From the NCBI GenBank assembly GCA_004431415.1, contig QPMI01000089.1, positions 1 through 64,000 on the forward strand: 64,000 nucleotides of DNA, given 5' to 3'. Under the pieces are notes generated by a model. The model worked only from the letters and a program-made list of their open reading frames with translations. It ran no database searches and was not told where the DNA came from. Shown one piece after another: positions 41,083 through 51,902 of this stretch; positions within the stretch are counted from its first letter, which is position 1; each line of letters opens with the position of its first letter. Both the position numbers and the translations under genes were made by a program. The DNA is from Cyanophora paradoxa CCMP329 (Eukaryota > Plantae > Glaucophyta).

Positions 41083-44000
41083 TTAAATTGCAACAGCAGT
41101 GTAATGAATTGTTACAGTAATGTCTGGTCTGTCAAAAGAACTTAATGGAACTATTTCAAGCTCACATGTGAAATAGCTACTGTAAACTTGTTTAAGCCTA
41201 ACATACATGCGGTAGTAGTAGGCTGTCTCATTGTGTTGTATACCGGTTGTTACAATAGGAGGGTTAGCAAAGCTGCTGTTGAAATTAATAGTGAGGTTAA
41301 ACCTATGGTCAGGGTTTGCCCAAAGATAAGGAGTAGTGTAAGCATACGTTCCTGCTTGAATTTTCCCATTAAAGTATGCATTTAGTTGACTGGATAGATC
41401 TGCTTCTGTAATACATCTACTTATAGTAGCATTATTGGAAGGATTCATAGCATAGAAATTTCTTGCATAGGCATTTCCACGAACAAGTAAGGTTTTATCA
41501 AAGTAATTTTGCGAATTGTGAAAAAACCAAGTTTCTTCAAACATTGGTCCAGCTGGTTCTACAATCTGACCTGATCCTACATACATTGTGTTGTTGGCTC
41601 TAATAGTGGTAGCTGTAAATGGATCAAGAGTTGGTCTGTTGGTCAGATCATTGTAGTTCCCTGAGAAAATCGCTGGTTTGTTATAGATATCTGTATTCCA
41701 ATCATGAGTGTGTGCAAAATCTGTAATCTCTGCCTTAGTGTGGGTGTGACCTACATATGCAACATTTCCAAGATCTGTAATCTCTGCCTTGGTGTGGGTG
41801 TGACCTACATAAGCAACATTTCCAAGATCTAATATCTCTGATTTAACATGAGTGTGAGCGAAATTAGTAATATCTGCTCTTGTGTGGTAGTGTGCAAAAT
41901 CTGTAATTTGTGATTTTGTGTGAGTGTGTGCGAAATCTGTGATCTCTGCCTTTGTATGGTTGTGTGATCTATTATTAAGGTCGAGGAAACTACCCGAAAA
42001 TGCAACAGGATGCAGATTTGCAGCAGTAGGTTTATTGATGAGATCATTATAATCTCCTGTGAACGAAATGGTTTTCAGTTCACCCCTTCCAACATAATCA
42101 GAAGGGAGGTCAATCTTGATGGGCATAATAGCTGGATCATCAGGTATCTCATACTCACCTCCTGGATGAACCACAGGAAAGGTTTGATTGCTTTCAGTAT
42201 GGACAAAGAAGTTACATGCTGTTACTGTTCCATCAATGATTCCACCTGTGAGAGGGAGGTAATTGCCTGTTACACCTATACCTGCAATGATTACATTCAG
42301 CTCTGTTTCATCTATGTAGTTTTGGGCTTGCAGGTAATCCTCTGTAACCACTCTTGATATAGTTTCATTGTGAATATTTTTTGCAGCCATCCTCTGATTA
42401 GCTTCCAGAACCCCACCATAATTCGTTTTTATCCATGCAAGCTCTGCCCTCCCATAATTATCATTTGCAGTTCCCACTATGGGAATGTAGGAATACTTAT
42501 CTCGACTGAAAACTATCATTGGTCTTGAGCCATCTAAGCTGCTTACATCTGCTACATGAACCTGTATAGCAGAGTTGTAATTTTGGTAGGTTGCTGGGTC
42601 TGTTGGGACTCTGAATGTATCTGTGGGAATGTCAGCCTCCATGTAGCTTGACACAAAGATATTTGGTATGGTTGCTCCTGGTGGTGGTGGGGTTTCAAAA
42701 GAGCCTGGTAATGTCCTAATATGAAGTGGTCCTCTCATAGCTGAATTTGCAAGTGTCCCATTCACATGTACATAGTGTTCATTCAAAAAGATTCTTTCTG
42801 GGACATTACAAGTCTGATAAAGAGAAACCCCCAAGTTATCAAGAGGCTCTACCTTTGCGAATTCTGGTTGGTCATTGATCTCATCCCAAGTATGTTCATG
42901 TTTGCTTGGTGGAAATTCTTCTGGTATTCCATCAATCTCTCCCCAATCATGCCTGTGATCCTCTGGTGGATACTTTTGAGGTTTGCCTAAGATCTCATCC
43001 CAATCATGGTTGTGATCCTCTGGGGGATACTTTGCAGGCTTATTATTAATTTGTTCATAATCAGGAAAGAACTCCCAGATCTCAGGTCGAAATCCATCTG
43101 GTAATAATTCCTCATGGGGTTCATAAGGTTGCTCATAATCAACAGCTGGTGGATCATGCCCATCTGGTAAATACTCCTCATCAGGTTCATAGTTCTGCTC
43201 ATACTCAAACTCTTGTGGATCTAAGCCATCTGGTAGTATCTCCTCCTCATTGGGGTCAAACTGATCATATTCATATTCTTGTGGGTCAAAACCATCTGGT
43301 AAATATTCTTCCTCATCTGGAACGAATTGATATTCATCAAGCTCTAATATATCGACTTCAGGAGGTAAATACTGCTCATCTATTTGCTTTCTGGGTTCAA
43401 TTATAGGTTTATTGCGAACTTGCTCCCAACTAACAATATGCTGCCCAAAGGCTACATCTTCAGTTGCTGTGTATTCTCTTCCAGGCTGCTTCTTTGGTGT
43501 TAGATCGGGTGGTCCATTGGGAAATGGAATAGGGAATGGGACAGTAGGTCCATTGGGACCATAATGCTCAATGATTTCCCTTAGGGTTTTCTCACTTACA
43601 AGCTTCTCACCATTTGCATACACATTACTGCCATGGATATTTCGCCATTGCCTGGTTCGAATTCCAAGGTCTTTCACATTGCTATACAAAGGCAAAAGGT
43701 GCCTATCCATTTCGACTAAATCAGGATGTAAATGGATTGCTACTGGTTGACTGGGGCTACTGTTGATTGTAATTGATGGCTTTTTTTGATGGACATCTTT
43801 TGGAGTAAAGAACCCAAAAGGCTCATTCCTCGCAAAGTCATATGTAATATCCTTAGGGTAGACATCATTTGTGTAGGAGACCTGATTTGTATTGGCAATA
43901 GGACCCACTTGCAATACTTGGGGAACCTCAGCTTTTGCAGTGCTGCCCTCATTGTAAATTCGCAAAGCTGTGTTCTGTTTGCCCTGCTCATCTTGAACAT

Positions 44001-44337
44001 TGAAAATCAATCGACCACTATCGAACCTGGAAGGTATATCTGGGTGAGTGCCACTGGTTTTTAGTTTCCTAGGTCTCCTTCTTGTTGCTTTGATCTCTGC
44101 AACTTGGTTGGCTTTCACATTACCCAAACTAAAGGCTACACTGACATCCTCTTTATCTGGATCAGTTTGATTCACAGATAAAGCATGCTCTCTTGACTGA
44201 GTCTTAGATGAATTATCGGAACTGTGGTCAATTGAAACTGAACCCTTTACTTTAATATTATCAAAGTTCACATGCTTGGTGCTGCTTGCATTATCATCTT
44301 GAATGGTTTCTAGATTGGGAGGGTAATTGAAGCTCAT
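41083..44337 (-). CDS. Large fibre protein (E2)
   Basis: Same repeats and lectin-like tip as 12251-15427, with expanded acidic LPDGxDP repeats. Confidence 0.8.
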   Translation of the reverse strand: MSFNYPPNLETIQDDNASSTKHVNFDNIKVKGSVSIDHSSDNSSKTQSREHALSVNQTDPDKEDVSVAFSLGNVKANQVAEIKATRRRPRKLKTSGTHPDIPSRFDSGRLIFNVQDEQGKQNTALRIYNEGSTAKAEVPQVLQVGPIANTNQVSYTNDVYPKDITYDFARNEPFGFFTPKDVHQKKPSITINSSPSQPVAIHLHPDLVEMDRHLLPLYSNVKDLGIRTRQWRNIHGSNVYANGEKLVSEKTLREIIEHYGPNGPTVPFPIPFPNGPPDLTPKKQPGREYTATEDVAFGQHIVSWEQVRNKPIIEPRKQIDEQYLPPEVDILELDEYQFVPDEEEYLPDGFDPQEYEYDQFDPNEEEILPDGLDPQEFEYEQNYEPDEEYLPDGHDPPAVDYEQPYEPHEELLPDGFRPEIWEFFPDYEQINNKPAKYPPEDHNHDWDEILGKPQKYPPEDHRHDWGEIDGIPEEFPPSKHEHTWDEINDQPEFAKVEPLDNLGVSLYQTCNVPERIFLNEHYVHVNGTLANSAMRGPLHIRTLPGSFETPPPPGATIPNIFVSSYMEADIPTDTFRVPTDPATYQNYNSAIQVHVADVSSLDGSRPMIVFSRDKYSYIPIVGTANDNYGRAELAWIKTNYGGVLEANQRMAAKNIHNETISRVVTEDYLQAQNYIDETELNVIIAGIGVTGNYLPLTGGIIDGTVTACNFFVHTESNQTFPVVHPGGEYEIPDDPAIMPIKIDLPSDYVGRGELKTISFTGDYNDLINKPTAANLHPVAFSGSFLDLNNRSHNHTKAEITDFAHTHTKSQITDFAHYHTRADITNFAHTHVKSEILDLGNVAYVGHTHTKAEITDLGNVAYVGHTHTKAEITDFAHTHDWNTDIYNKPAIFSGNYNDLTNRPTLDPFTATTIRANNTMYVGSGQIVEPAGPMFEETWFFHNSQNYFDKTLLVRGNAYARNFYAMNPSNNATISRCITEADLSSQLNAYFNGKIQAGTYAYTTPYLWANPDHRFNLTINFNSSFANPPIVTTGIQHNETAYYYRMYVRLKQVYSSYFTCELEIVPLSSFDRPDITVTIHYTAVAI

Positions 44338-44380
44338 GGCTTTTACTATATGGATTTATAAAATTCCTGATAAGTAAAAG

Positions 44381-45937
44381 ATGCCTCTCAAAATAGTCCT
44401 AAGTCTGTCAGGGGGAGGTGCAAGGGGCATTATCATAACCAGGCTGCTAAAAGAAATCGAAAATCGAACTGGCAGGAGAATAATCGATCTTGTGGATCTT
44501 GTAAGTGGAACTTCCACTGGTGGGATCATTGCAATCGGTTTGAATATCAGGCATCCTGATAAACCAGGTGAACCTAAACTGACAGCAAACGATTTACACA
44601 ATATTTACCTAACTCAACTGCCCTTGATTTTCACAAATCCTCGAAATATCATCGAAAATGCCCTATTTAACACAAAGTATGATGTGGGACCCTTGGAGAC
44701 TGCAATCAATTCAGTTACTGGTGAATCACTAATACAGGATTCCCTAAAGGACATTGTGATCACATCCTTTGATACTCAGAATATGAAACCAATATTTATC
44801 ACAAATGATAACAATTACAACTTTATGCCTTGTAAGATTGCTGCTAGGGCTACTTCTGCTGCTCCTACATATTTCTCTCCTGTAAGCATTGTTGATTTCA
44901 ATCGGGGGGTATATGTCTGTCTAATTGATGGTGCCATTTCGGGAAACAATAATCCCAGTGTGTGTGGTTACAGCCATGCAAAGAAAATTTACAGTGATGA
45001 TGATGATATTATAGTAATAAGTATATCTTGTGGAGAGGTGGACCCACATTTAGAGTCTGACTATGTGGGTTATGCTTATGAGACTGTAAACAGCTGGGGC
45101 ATTCTCTCATGGATTGCCTCAACAGATGGAAGCCCATTGATTAACATGCTCATGGCTGCAAGTGAGCTATCTGCCCTTGATAAGATGGAGGAGTTGTTAC
45201 CCTACAACTATGATCAGGATTATGGGAGATACTATAGGCTATCAGTCCCTCTTCCAAATCATATAGTAAGCTCTCTGGATGACACTTCTAAAATCCCAGA
45301 TATGCTTTCTTTCACTGAAACCTACATTGCAGCAAACAATGATATGATCAATAAGCTTTGCAGCCTATTAGTAGCAAACTATGAATTAAAGAACCCTTCA
45401 AAGGCTTACATCTCATCCACTCTCACAGAGTCACCTCCTTTAGATGCTAATTGGTATCAGCTTGCAGATGATGCCTGTACTGCCTCATCCTCTGTGACAG
45501 GTAAAGAGCCTTTCATGGCTAGACCTTCAGCATTTGGCTGGGAAGCTGGAGCCTATGCTCCTGAACAGATATGGGAAACCCCCACTGAATACCTTCAAGT
45601 TGCTTTCCCATATACTTTTGAACTCTCTTCTGTGATTGCCTATGGATCAGGGGACACCAATGCTTTTATTAAGACTTTCAATGTGGCAACATCCACTGAT
45701 GGGATCAACTGGTCTTTTATTCGATCAGATGGGCAGAACAAAATATATGTCTGTGAGAACATTAACAATGCTCACAACTCAGGTGATATGGCTCTATTGA
45801 GTGGATTTCCTCTCAGCATCAAGGATGCTTTTTACATAGGTTATTCTCTCAGAATCAAATATATTCGCATTTATCCCCTTGTGTATGTGAATGCTCCCAC
45901 AATGAGAGTTGATTTCACAGGTGCCTTTATTCGATAA
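44381..45937 (+). CDS. Patatin-like phospholipase plus discoidin-like domain (E2)
   Basis: GGGARG, GTSTGG, DGA; STDGINW...YIRIYP...MRVDF. Confidence 0.9.
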   Translation: MPLKIVLSLSGGGARGIIITRLLKEIENRTGRRIIDLVDLVSGTSTGGIIAIGLNIRHPDKPGEPKLTANDLHNIYLTQLPLIFTNPRNIIENALFNTKYDVGPLETAINSVTGESLIQDSLKDIVITSFDTQNMKPIFITNDNNYNFMPCKIAARATSAAPTYFSPVSIVDFNRGVYVCLIDGAISGNNNPSVCGYSHAKKIYSDDDDIIVISISCGEVDPHLESDYVGYAYETVNSWGILSWIASTDGSPLINMLMAASELSALDKMEELLPYNYDQDYGRYYRLSVPLPNHIVSSLDDTSKIPDMLSFTETYIAANNDMINKLCSLLVANYELKNPSKAYISSTLTESPPLDANWYQLADDACTASSSVTGKEPFMARPSAFGWEAGAYAPEQIWETPTEYLQVAFPYTFELSSVIAYGSGDTNAFIKTFNVATSTDGINWSFIRSDGQNKIYVCENINNAHNSGDMALLSGFPLSIKDAFYIGYSLRIKYIRIYPLVYVNAPTMRVDFTGAFIR

Positions 45938-46859
45938 ACTCCAACTGAAAAGAATTATCGATTCCATTCATATCAATCAGTTCACCAAAGTAATCTTTAA
46001 ACTCCACAGTGAGTTCCCTTATCACCAGGTTTCTGTCATTGATTTGAATAAATTCTGCATGCTCACCACTATGGTAAACATAGCCACCTATATCCTTACT
46101 CAATTGTAATCTAAGGATAGCCCCCTGGTTGTGTGGTTGCGATTTCGGAATTATATTGTGTCTGCTGGCAAAGGGGGCAAGCTCTTTAATATGCATGTAC
46201 AGATACTGCTCAGCATTCATATCAGACATCTTCCTGCTGTCAAAATAATACTGCAAGGGCTTAGAGGAGAGTCTGGGTCCTGAGAAGGTGATTCCCCATG
46301 CTGGGTGATCAGGTGTAATAGGTTTGCCATCATACTTTAAAAGGTTCTCAGGTCGATATGGAGATCCACCAACAGGAGGAGTGCTATAATACCCAGTGGT
46401 GTATTCAGTAGAACTTACACCCAAAAGCTTCCCTATTCGCTTGTTGCTTGCAATAAAACGGAACTCATGGTTACTGTAAAACTCCACTTTATAGGTAGTT
46501 GGATTGTAGAATATCTTGAACTCAAAAAACACAGTTTTATCTGCAATGGTTTTGAAGCTTGAATAGTTCAGCCCATAATTATAGGGATGTGTTACCCCAA
46601 AATGACCCTGGTTAATGTAGCCACTGGGAAGGGGATACACTTTCTGTGTGATGATTTCATTGTATGAACCATCTTGGTAGTTAAAATCAACTGTTAAATG
46701 ATCAGTTCCCACACTGTTATAGATACTGTTTGGAATCTCTGCATATAGAACCCTGCATTCCCTTGGTCTCTCTACTGGAGTTGTGAGGGTGACCCTGTAA
46801 GAGTTTTCATTTTGTCCTTGGCTTCTATCCCTGCTATCAATATTAACAAGTCGATTCAT
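45927..46859 (-). CDS. Penton-like protein 1 (E2, intact)
   Basis: NIDSRDR, AEIPNS, FKDYFGELIDMNG. Confidence 0.78.
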   Translation of the reverse strand: MNRLVNIDSRDRSQGQNENSYRVTLTTPVERPRECRVLYAEIPNSIYNSVGTDHLTVDFNYQDGSYNEIITQKVYPLPSGYINQGHFGVTHPYNYGLNYSSFKTIADKTVFFEFKIFYNPTTYKVEFYSNHEFRFIASNKRIGKLLGVSSTEYTTGYYSTPPVGGSPYRPENLLKYDGKPITPDHPAWGITFSGPRLSSKPLQYYFDSRKMSDMNAEQYLYMHIKELAPFASRHNIIPKSQPHNQGAILRLQLSKDIGGYVYHSGEHAEFIQINDRNLVIRELTVEFKDYFGELIDMNGIDNSFQLEFIE

Positions 46860-46888
46860 TTTAATATATAAATATAGATAAAAGAAGA

Positions 46889-47899
46889 ATGCCTGTGGAT
46901 TACATCGAGGTTAGCTCATTTAATACAATCTCTGGTGATGGTCCCACATCAAGCTTTGTGGCTAGACTCCCCAGTACTTATGAGAATGTGAGGGCTGTGA
47001 GACTGGTCTCAGCCGAATTTTATAACAGCATCCCTATGGTGAGTGGGGAAACCAAAGCAGGAGATGTCACAGTTGATAACACATTTAGTATTTATTATTC
47101 TGAAGAACTTGCAGGAGCTGGAATTACAGGAATTCCAACAACTCGCCCAGCTGCTGATTTTGAACAATGGAAACAATTCATTGTAAATCGCGAAACCCCC
47201 ATTCAAAACCACCAACAGCTGGTGAATGTTATAAATGAAAAGTTTAATGACAGAAATCCTTAACCATCTCTTCGCTGCAAATGGGATGAGACACTGAAAC
47301 GAATTATTTTCCATTCCGAAAAAAAGTTTTACCTGGCTTTCTCACTTGCTGTAAACCCAAACCTGCAAACAATCCAAAAGCTGTTAAGCTCAGCTCGACT
47401 TTTTGGTCTTGATCCTGGAAGATATGGCAATTCCCCAATCAAATCACAAGTTTATGATGGTCTCACTGATGGTATCTTTACTGGGACTCGAGTGAACGGT
47501 ATTATATCTTCATTTGAGCCTGAGACGACCAGGGATAGTGTTTTGTTTGTGAGAGTAAAGGAGCTGGGTGATCTGGTGCAATGTGGGGATGGTCTTCTGA
47601 CTGGTTACTTCCATAAAATAGTGGTCCCTGACAAAGATTATGGTGAGCATGTAGTTTACAATTCGACAGAGGCTCATCCACTTTACAAATACTATAATAA
47701 GAAGGTTGGATTATCCACTTTCTCGGTTGATATTGTGAATGCTGTTAATGAACCAATTGATTTCGAGGGTCAACCTGTTCATCTTACCTTTGAAATTCGC
47801 TATGGTGATGAGCCAGCTGGGGACCCAGTTTATGAATACTATAAGATGAGAATGTCGCAGCTTCACCCTTCCTATCCAGTTATTACAAACTTCGCATAA
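46889..47899 (+). CDS. Penton-like protein 2 (E2), frameshifted near 47260
   Basis: Two ORFs (46889-47263, 47492-47899) together align with 18268-19224. Confidence 0.75.
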
Positions 47900-47952
47900 A
47901 TTAAGGATCATTGGTAGATTTTTTATGTTGCAGTATAATAAAAGAGAATATA

Positions 47953-48079
47953 ATGGATATCAGTTCCACTCTTCAAAGACTTTCGCTGAAAGAAGCCCTA
48001 ACAACCCCAGAGGAGGCGAAAGCCTTTTTCCTGGATAACTCCCTTATGCTTGGTCTCGAATCCAAGTCAAACTAAACCA
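47953..48079 (+). pseudogene. MCP 5' remnant (about 40 codons)
   Basis: MDISSTLQRLSLKEALTTPEEAKAFFLDNSLMLGL vs E1 MCP MDVTQNLQRLGLKELLTTPQEAKDFFMNNELMLGL. Confidence 0.9.
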
Positions 48080-48080
48080 T

Positions 48081-48575
48081 ATGCTGATTATTTTAGAAGA
48101 TATGGTTGAAAATGAACAATTGGATTTAACTCGAGATAAAACAGTGGGAATGCTTTTCGTAAGGTCCAGACATATCAACTGCTCTTTTTGCGTAATCTCG
48201 CAAAAACTGCGCAAGGTTGCGAGTGTGATTCGCTGTAATTGTGATATCGTAATTATGGTTTGTGCAAGCAATCAAAAAGAGCTGGAGGCATTTGCAGAGG
48301 AGTTTTCGACTTTTCCTCGAAAAGAAGACTTCTATAAACTGTTTGAAGAGTATGTTCACTCATACCAGTTCCTTGTTTATACATCTTTCAAGTATAATGT
48401 GGGCTACTATGTCGATAAAGCCGATTTAGTAGGTGATTTCGATTTTCCTCGCTTCCACAGGAAGCCAAAAAAGAAAGAAGATGAACTGAAACCCCCAGAG
48501 AAAGAGGAAGCCCCAAAAGAAGTGAAAAGCCAAGTCCATAGCAATAAATTGATGCGATATAAACGCGGTTTATAA
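48081..48575 (+). pseudogene. A32 ATPase C-terminal half (Walker A lost)
   Basis: Starts at Walker B LIILED; SRHINCS..ISQK, IRCNCD, YYVDKA align with the E1 ATPase. Confidence 0.88.
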
Positions 48576-48603
48576 AATTATCTCTCATTCTAATAAAGAT
48601 ACA

Positions 48604-49338
48604 ATGCCTCCCAAACGAAAAATAGGGATCCCAGCTGGGGCTGTTGGCTATTCAGGTGGTGGAAACAATGGATCCATTAACACAGATCCACTGAAATTCA
48701 ATGGTATGAATGAGGTGAAGCCCTCACAGCAAGAAGAAGACCCCCTCAATGCTGCCTATGAGGAATCAGTTGATGACAAAGCCCCACAGGCTTCAACCAG
48801 TGACCAACTCAATATATCACCAGAAGCTTCGAAAATGAAGGCTGTTGCTGAGGGTGCCAGGCGAATTATTGGTGCTGCTGATGATAAAGGTTTAGGCTTG
48901 CAAGATCTATCACTGGCTCGCAAAGGTGAGGGTCTCGGTAAAGAATCAGACAAGGTTATCCAGTCTATGGCTGGTGAAGTCACATACAAGACTGCTCCCA
49001 CTCAAAATATTCATCGAATTCCCAAAGCTCAATGGGATGAGATGACTGCTAAACTCAAAGACTTGGAAGCCAAATCCAGTGCCTTGGAGCAGTATGTGAC
49101 TGAGAAGAAAGAGAGAGCCAAGCTCAAGGAGATGCTTCGAAAGGAAGTTTATAAAATGGGCATTACTGGTGTCCCAGATAAACAGTTTATTGCTAAGAAA
49201 GAGACCCAAATCGATGAGCAAGCAGTAGATGAAATGAAAACAAAGACCCAAAAGGGAACCATTGAACCTGGTGCCACTAAAGCTGAAGTAGAAAAGGGAG
49301 TAGCTCCCACAGTATATAAAAGACGAGTTTGGCTTTAA
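48604..49338 (+). CDS. Conserved hypothetical coiled-coil protein (E2)
   Basis: Ortholog of 21434-22072. Confidence 0.75.
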   Translation: MPPKRKIGIPAGAVGYSGGGNNGSINTDPLKFNGMNEVKPSQQEEDPLNAAYEESVDDKAPQASTSDQLNISPEASKMKAVAEGARRIIGAADDKGLGLQDLSLARKGEGLGKESDKVIQSMAGEVTYKTAPTQNIHRIPKAQWDEMTAKLKDLEAKSSALEQYVTEKKERAKLKEMLRKEVYKMGITGVPDKQFIAKKETQIDEQAVDEMKTKTQKGTIEPGATKAEVEKGVAPTVYKRRVWL

Positions 49339-50959
49339 TTTTCTCTGTTTTATTAGAGACATGGATATAATACGAAAGTTTATTGAGATGCTCAGTCTGC
49401 ATGTGGTAAGCAATTGCCACAGTGGACAAGCAGGGGGGCAAGCCCCCCCGCACCCCCCCATTTAATAATTCCAGCTGCAGTCTCTGTCTGTGCGTGAAAC
49501 ATGCATGAATTTGAAACGCGATACACACCCGTACGTGTACGGGGGTTTCGCCCCATCGCAGTATCTCAGAAAAAATGCCAGATCTAGACTTCGAATTCAG
49601 GGCACTGCGGTCTTTCTTTGTCTTCAAATTTAAATAGCCTCGCTACTTCATTAATATATTCATCATTAATATAGGCGGGCGCCTCGAGCCTTAAGCTTCG
49701 AAATATTCGCTGCTTCCGCTAGCCGAGCGCTGCGTTGGCTTCGCCTGCTGATGTGCTCCTTCAAGACAAGCGCCTATGCTAGCGCTAGCCACGTACGTGT
49801 GTACAGACGCTATCTATCCCATGATGCAGCAGGAGCAGTGCGTACACGGTTGCTGAGCGCAACGTTCATGACAGCTGCAGCTGCGCTGCTGCAGCCTGCC
49901 AGGCTGCGCATGTCGTATACGTAGTGCGGGCTGTAGCTGCGTTAACTTAAGCTTTTAAGCCTGCTTATAAAGCCTACATCAGCAGTATACGTACTAGTCC
50001 AGCGCTAGCTGCATGCAGACTGCAGTCACGGTGTGTTTCCGTTACTTTCCGTTACTAGTATCCGCCATTTTCCGTTACTTTCAAAAAGTTCCGTTATCCG
50101 CGGATAAGCCATGGCCACCACGTAGTTTCCGTTTGCAAACGATGTCAAACTTGAAAATCTAGCGTTTTGGGGAACGACGTCATTTTGGGTAACTACGTTC
50201 GTCGATCGATATCCACGTACGCCGCGGCCCGCGGGACGAGTCGCGATCGACGTCGACGTCGACATTAACTCAGTAAATCTAGCGTTTTGGGGAGATTCGA
50301 ATTCGCGAGTCGCGAGTCGCGACGTCGACTAGTACAGTCAACTCGCCGTGGTCTGCATGTGGTCCGCGGCCGATTCGAACTTAGTATGCCACCTAGGCCT
50401 ATAGCTATATAGATATCTCGATACACTCGGGGCCTCGGGCTCGAGCTCGCGCTCACGTTCGATCTCGATTATGCGTCGCGTTCGCCTGCAGGCTGCAGCT
50501 GGCAGCCTGCAGGCTGCAGCTGGCATTCAGCTGCAGCCTGCAGCAGCTATAGCTAGTGGCTGCGGCAGCTGTCGGCCCAGTGTCGGGGTGAGTCGGGCCG
50601 GTCTACGCCGATATCGATGTCGACACTCGACGTGTTCGCACATGAGGGTTCATATTGGGTGCGACAAAACGGGGAACTGAATCAAAACTGCAAGCTCAGC
50701 CGGCCGTGTTAACCCGATTTTTTTCGCAAGTGTCCGCTTGCGTCTTAAGTAATAAGTTATAACTTAGTATGCTGTGACACAACAATAGAGTTTGAGATGT
50801 CAGATACTGAGGATAATGTATCTGAGGCAAGAGAGAGAAGGAGATCAACAGTTTCTGTGGAGTCGATGCCAGCAGACCCCACAGAGTATACATATGAGCA
50901 GCAGGAGTATCCAAGGAGAAGTTCTCTGCCAGCAGAAAACGTTTTCTCTGGGAATATAA

Positions 50960-51205
50960 ATGGAGGACACTATTAGTTTAATCGAGTTTACCAGTGATGA
51001 ACCTGTTACTGAGGGTTCTATTAGACACATACTAGCAATGCAGAAACGATATAGAGAGGACCCAGAATATAGAGAGTATAAAAAGCAGCAAGCCCTGGCA
51101 TCCTATTATCGCAGAAAAGCCCAAAAAGAGGAGCAGAGACCCAGAGGGAGACCGATTAAATATTATTTGCCCACTGAAAGTAGCAATGGACCCCCAGGTC
51201 TATAA
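50960..51205 (+). CDS. Small basic protein with AT-hook-like RPRGRP
   Basis: KRYREDPEYREYKK...YYRRK...RPRGRP.KY. Confidence 0.65.
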   Translation: MEDTISLIEFTSDEPVTEGSIRHILAMQKRYREDPEYREYKKQQALASYYRRKAQKEEQRPRGRPIKYYLPTESSNGPPGL

Positions 51206-51357
51206 GATAATCGAGAAAAAGCGGTCTCAGTATGCAACTGAGGCAGCTATAAAAGTTTACAGACAGGAACTGGTGTTCGCAACAAAAAATGACTTAAAGA
51301 AAAAGTAGATAGGTTGTATTGAGGAAAACTTATTTTCGTATCTACTATTAAAGAGAA

Positions 51358-51684
51358 ATGCCGAATATCCGCAAGATACTCACAGATGATGAAAAAGCAG
51401 AGAAGCTGAGACTGAAAAGGGAGCAAGATGCCCAAAGAAAACGCGAAGCCTATCATAAAAAGAAGGAGGAACGATTATCCCAAGGAGCCGCTACAGTTCA
51501 CACACCAGAAGAACTCAAAAAGATTGCCCTCAGACACCAGAGGAAATACAGGGAAAATGAAGAATATCGCGAGCAGAAAAAGGCAAAAGCGCTGGAATAT
51601 TACCACAAGAAGAAAGATGACCAGCCCAAGAAACCCAAAGAGCATAAACCGGTTGGAAGACCTCGGAAATATATCGAAGAATAA
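51358..51684 (+). CDS. Small basic protein with GRPRK motif (paralog of 50960)
   Basis: RKYRENEEYREQKK..ALEYY...VGRPRKY. Confidence 0.7.
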   Translation: MPNIRKILTDDEKAEKLRLKREQDAQRKREAYHKKKEERLSQGAATVHTPEELKKIALRHQRKYRENEEYREQKKAKALEYYHKKKDDQPKKPKEHKPVGRPRKYIEE

Positions 51685-51902
51685 ATTCTCGATCGAAATA
51701 AATTTTGTAGAAATCGATTTGATCGGAGGCAAAAAAATGACAGCTTTCTTCCCTCTTTTTTAAAACTGTACCTATATATCGAGACAGTATCCCGACCCAA
51801 AACTACTTAAGGACTTGGCAAATAATAGGATATATATAAAAGACAATTCCTCCTTCCGAAATTATTTTCTTCGTTAAAGGTAGAAGTCCCCCAAAATCGA
51901 AA

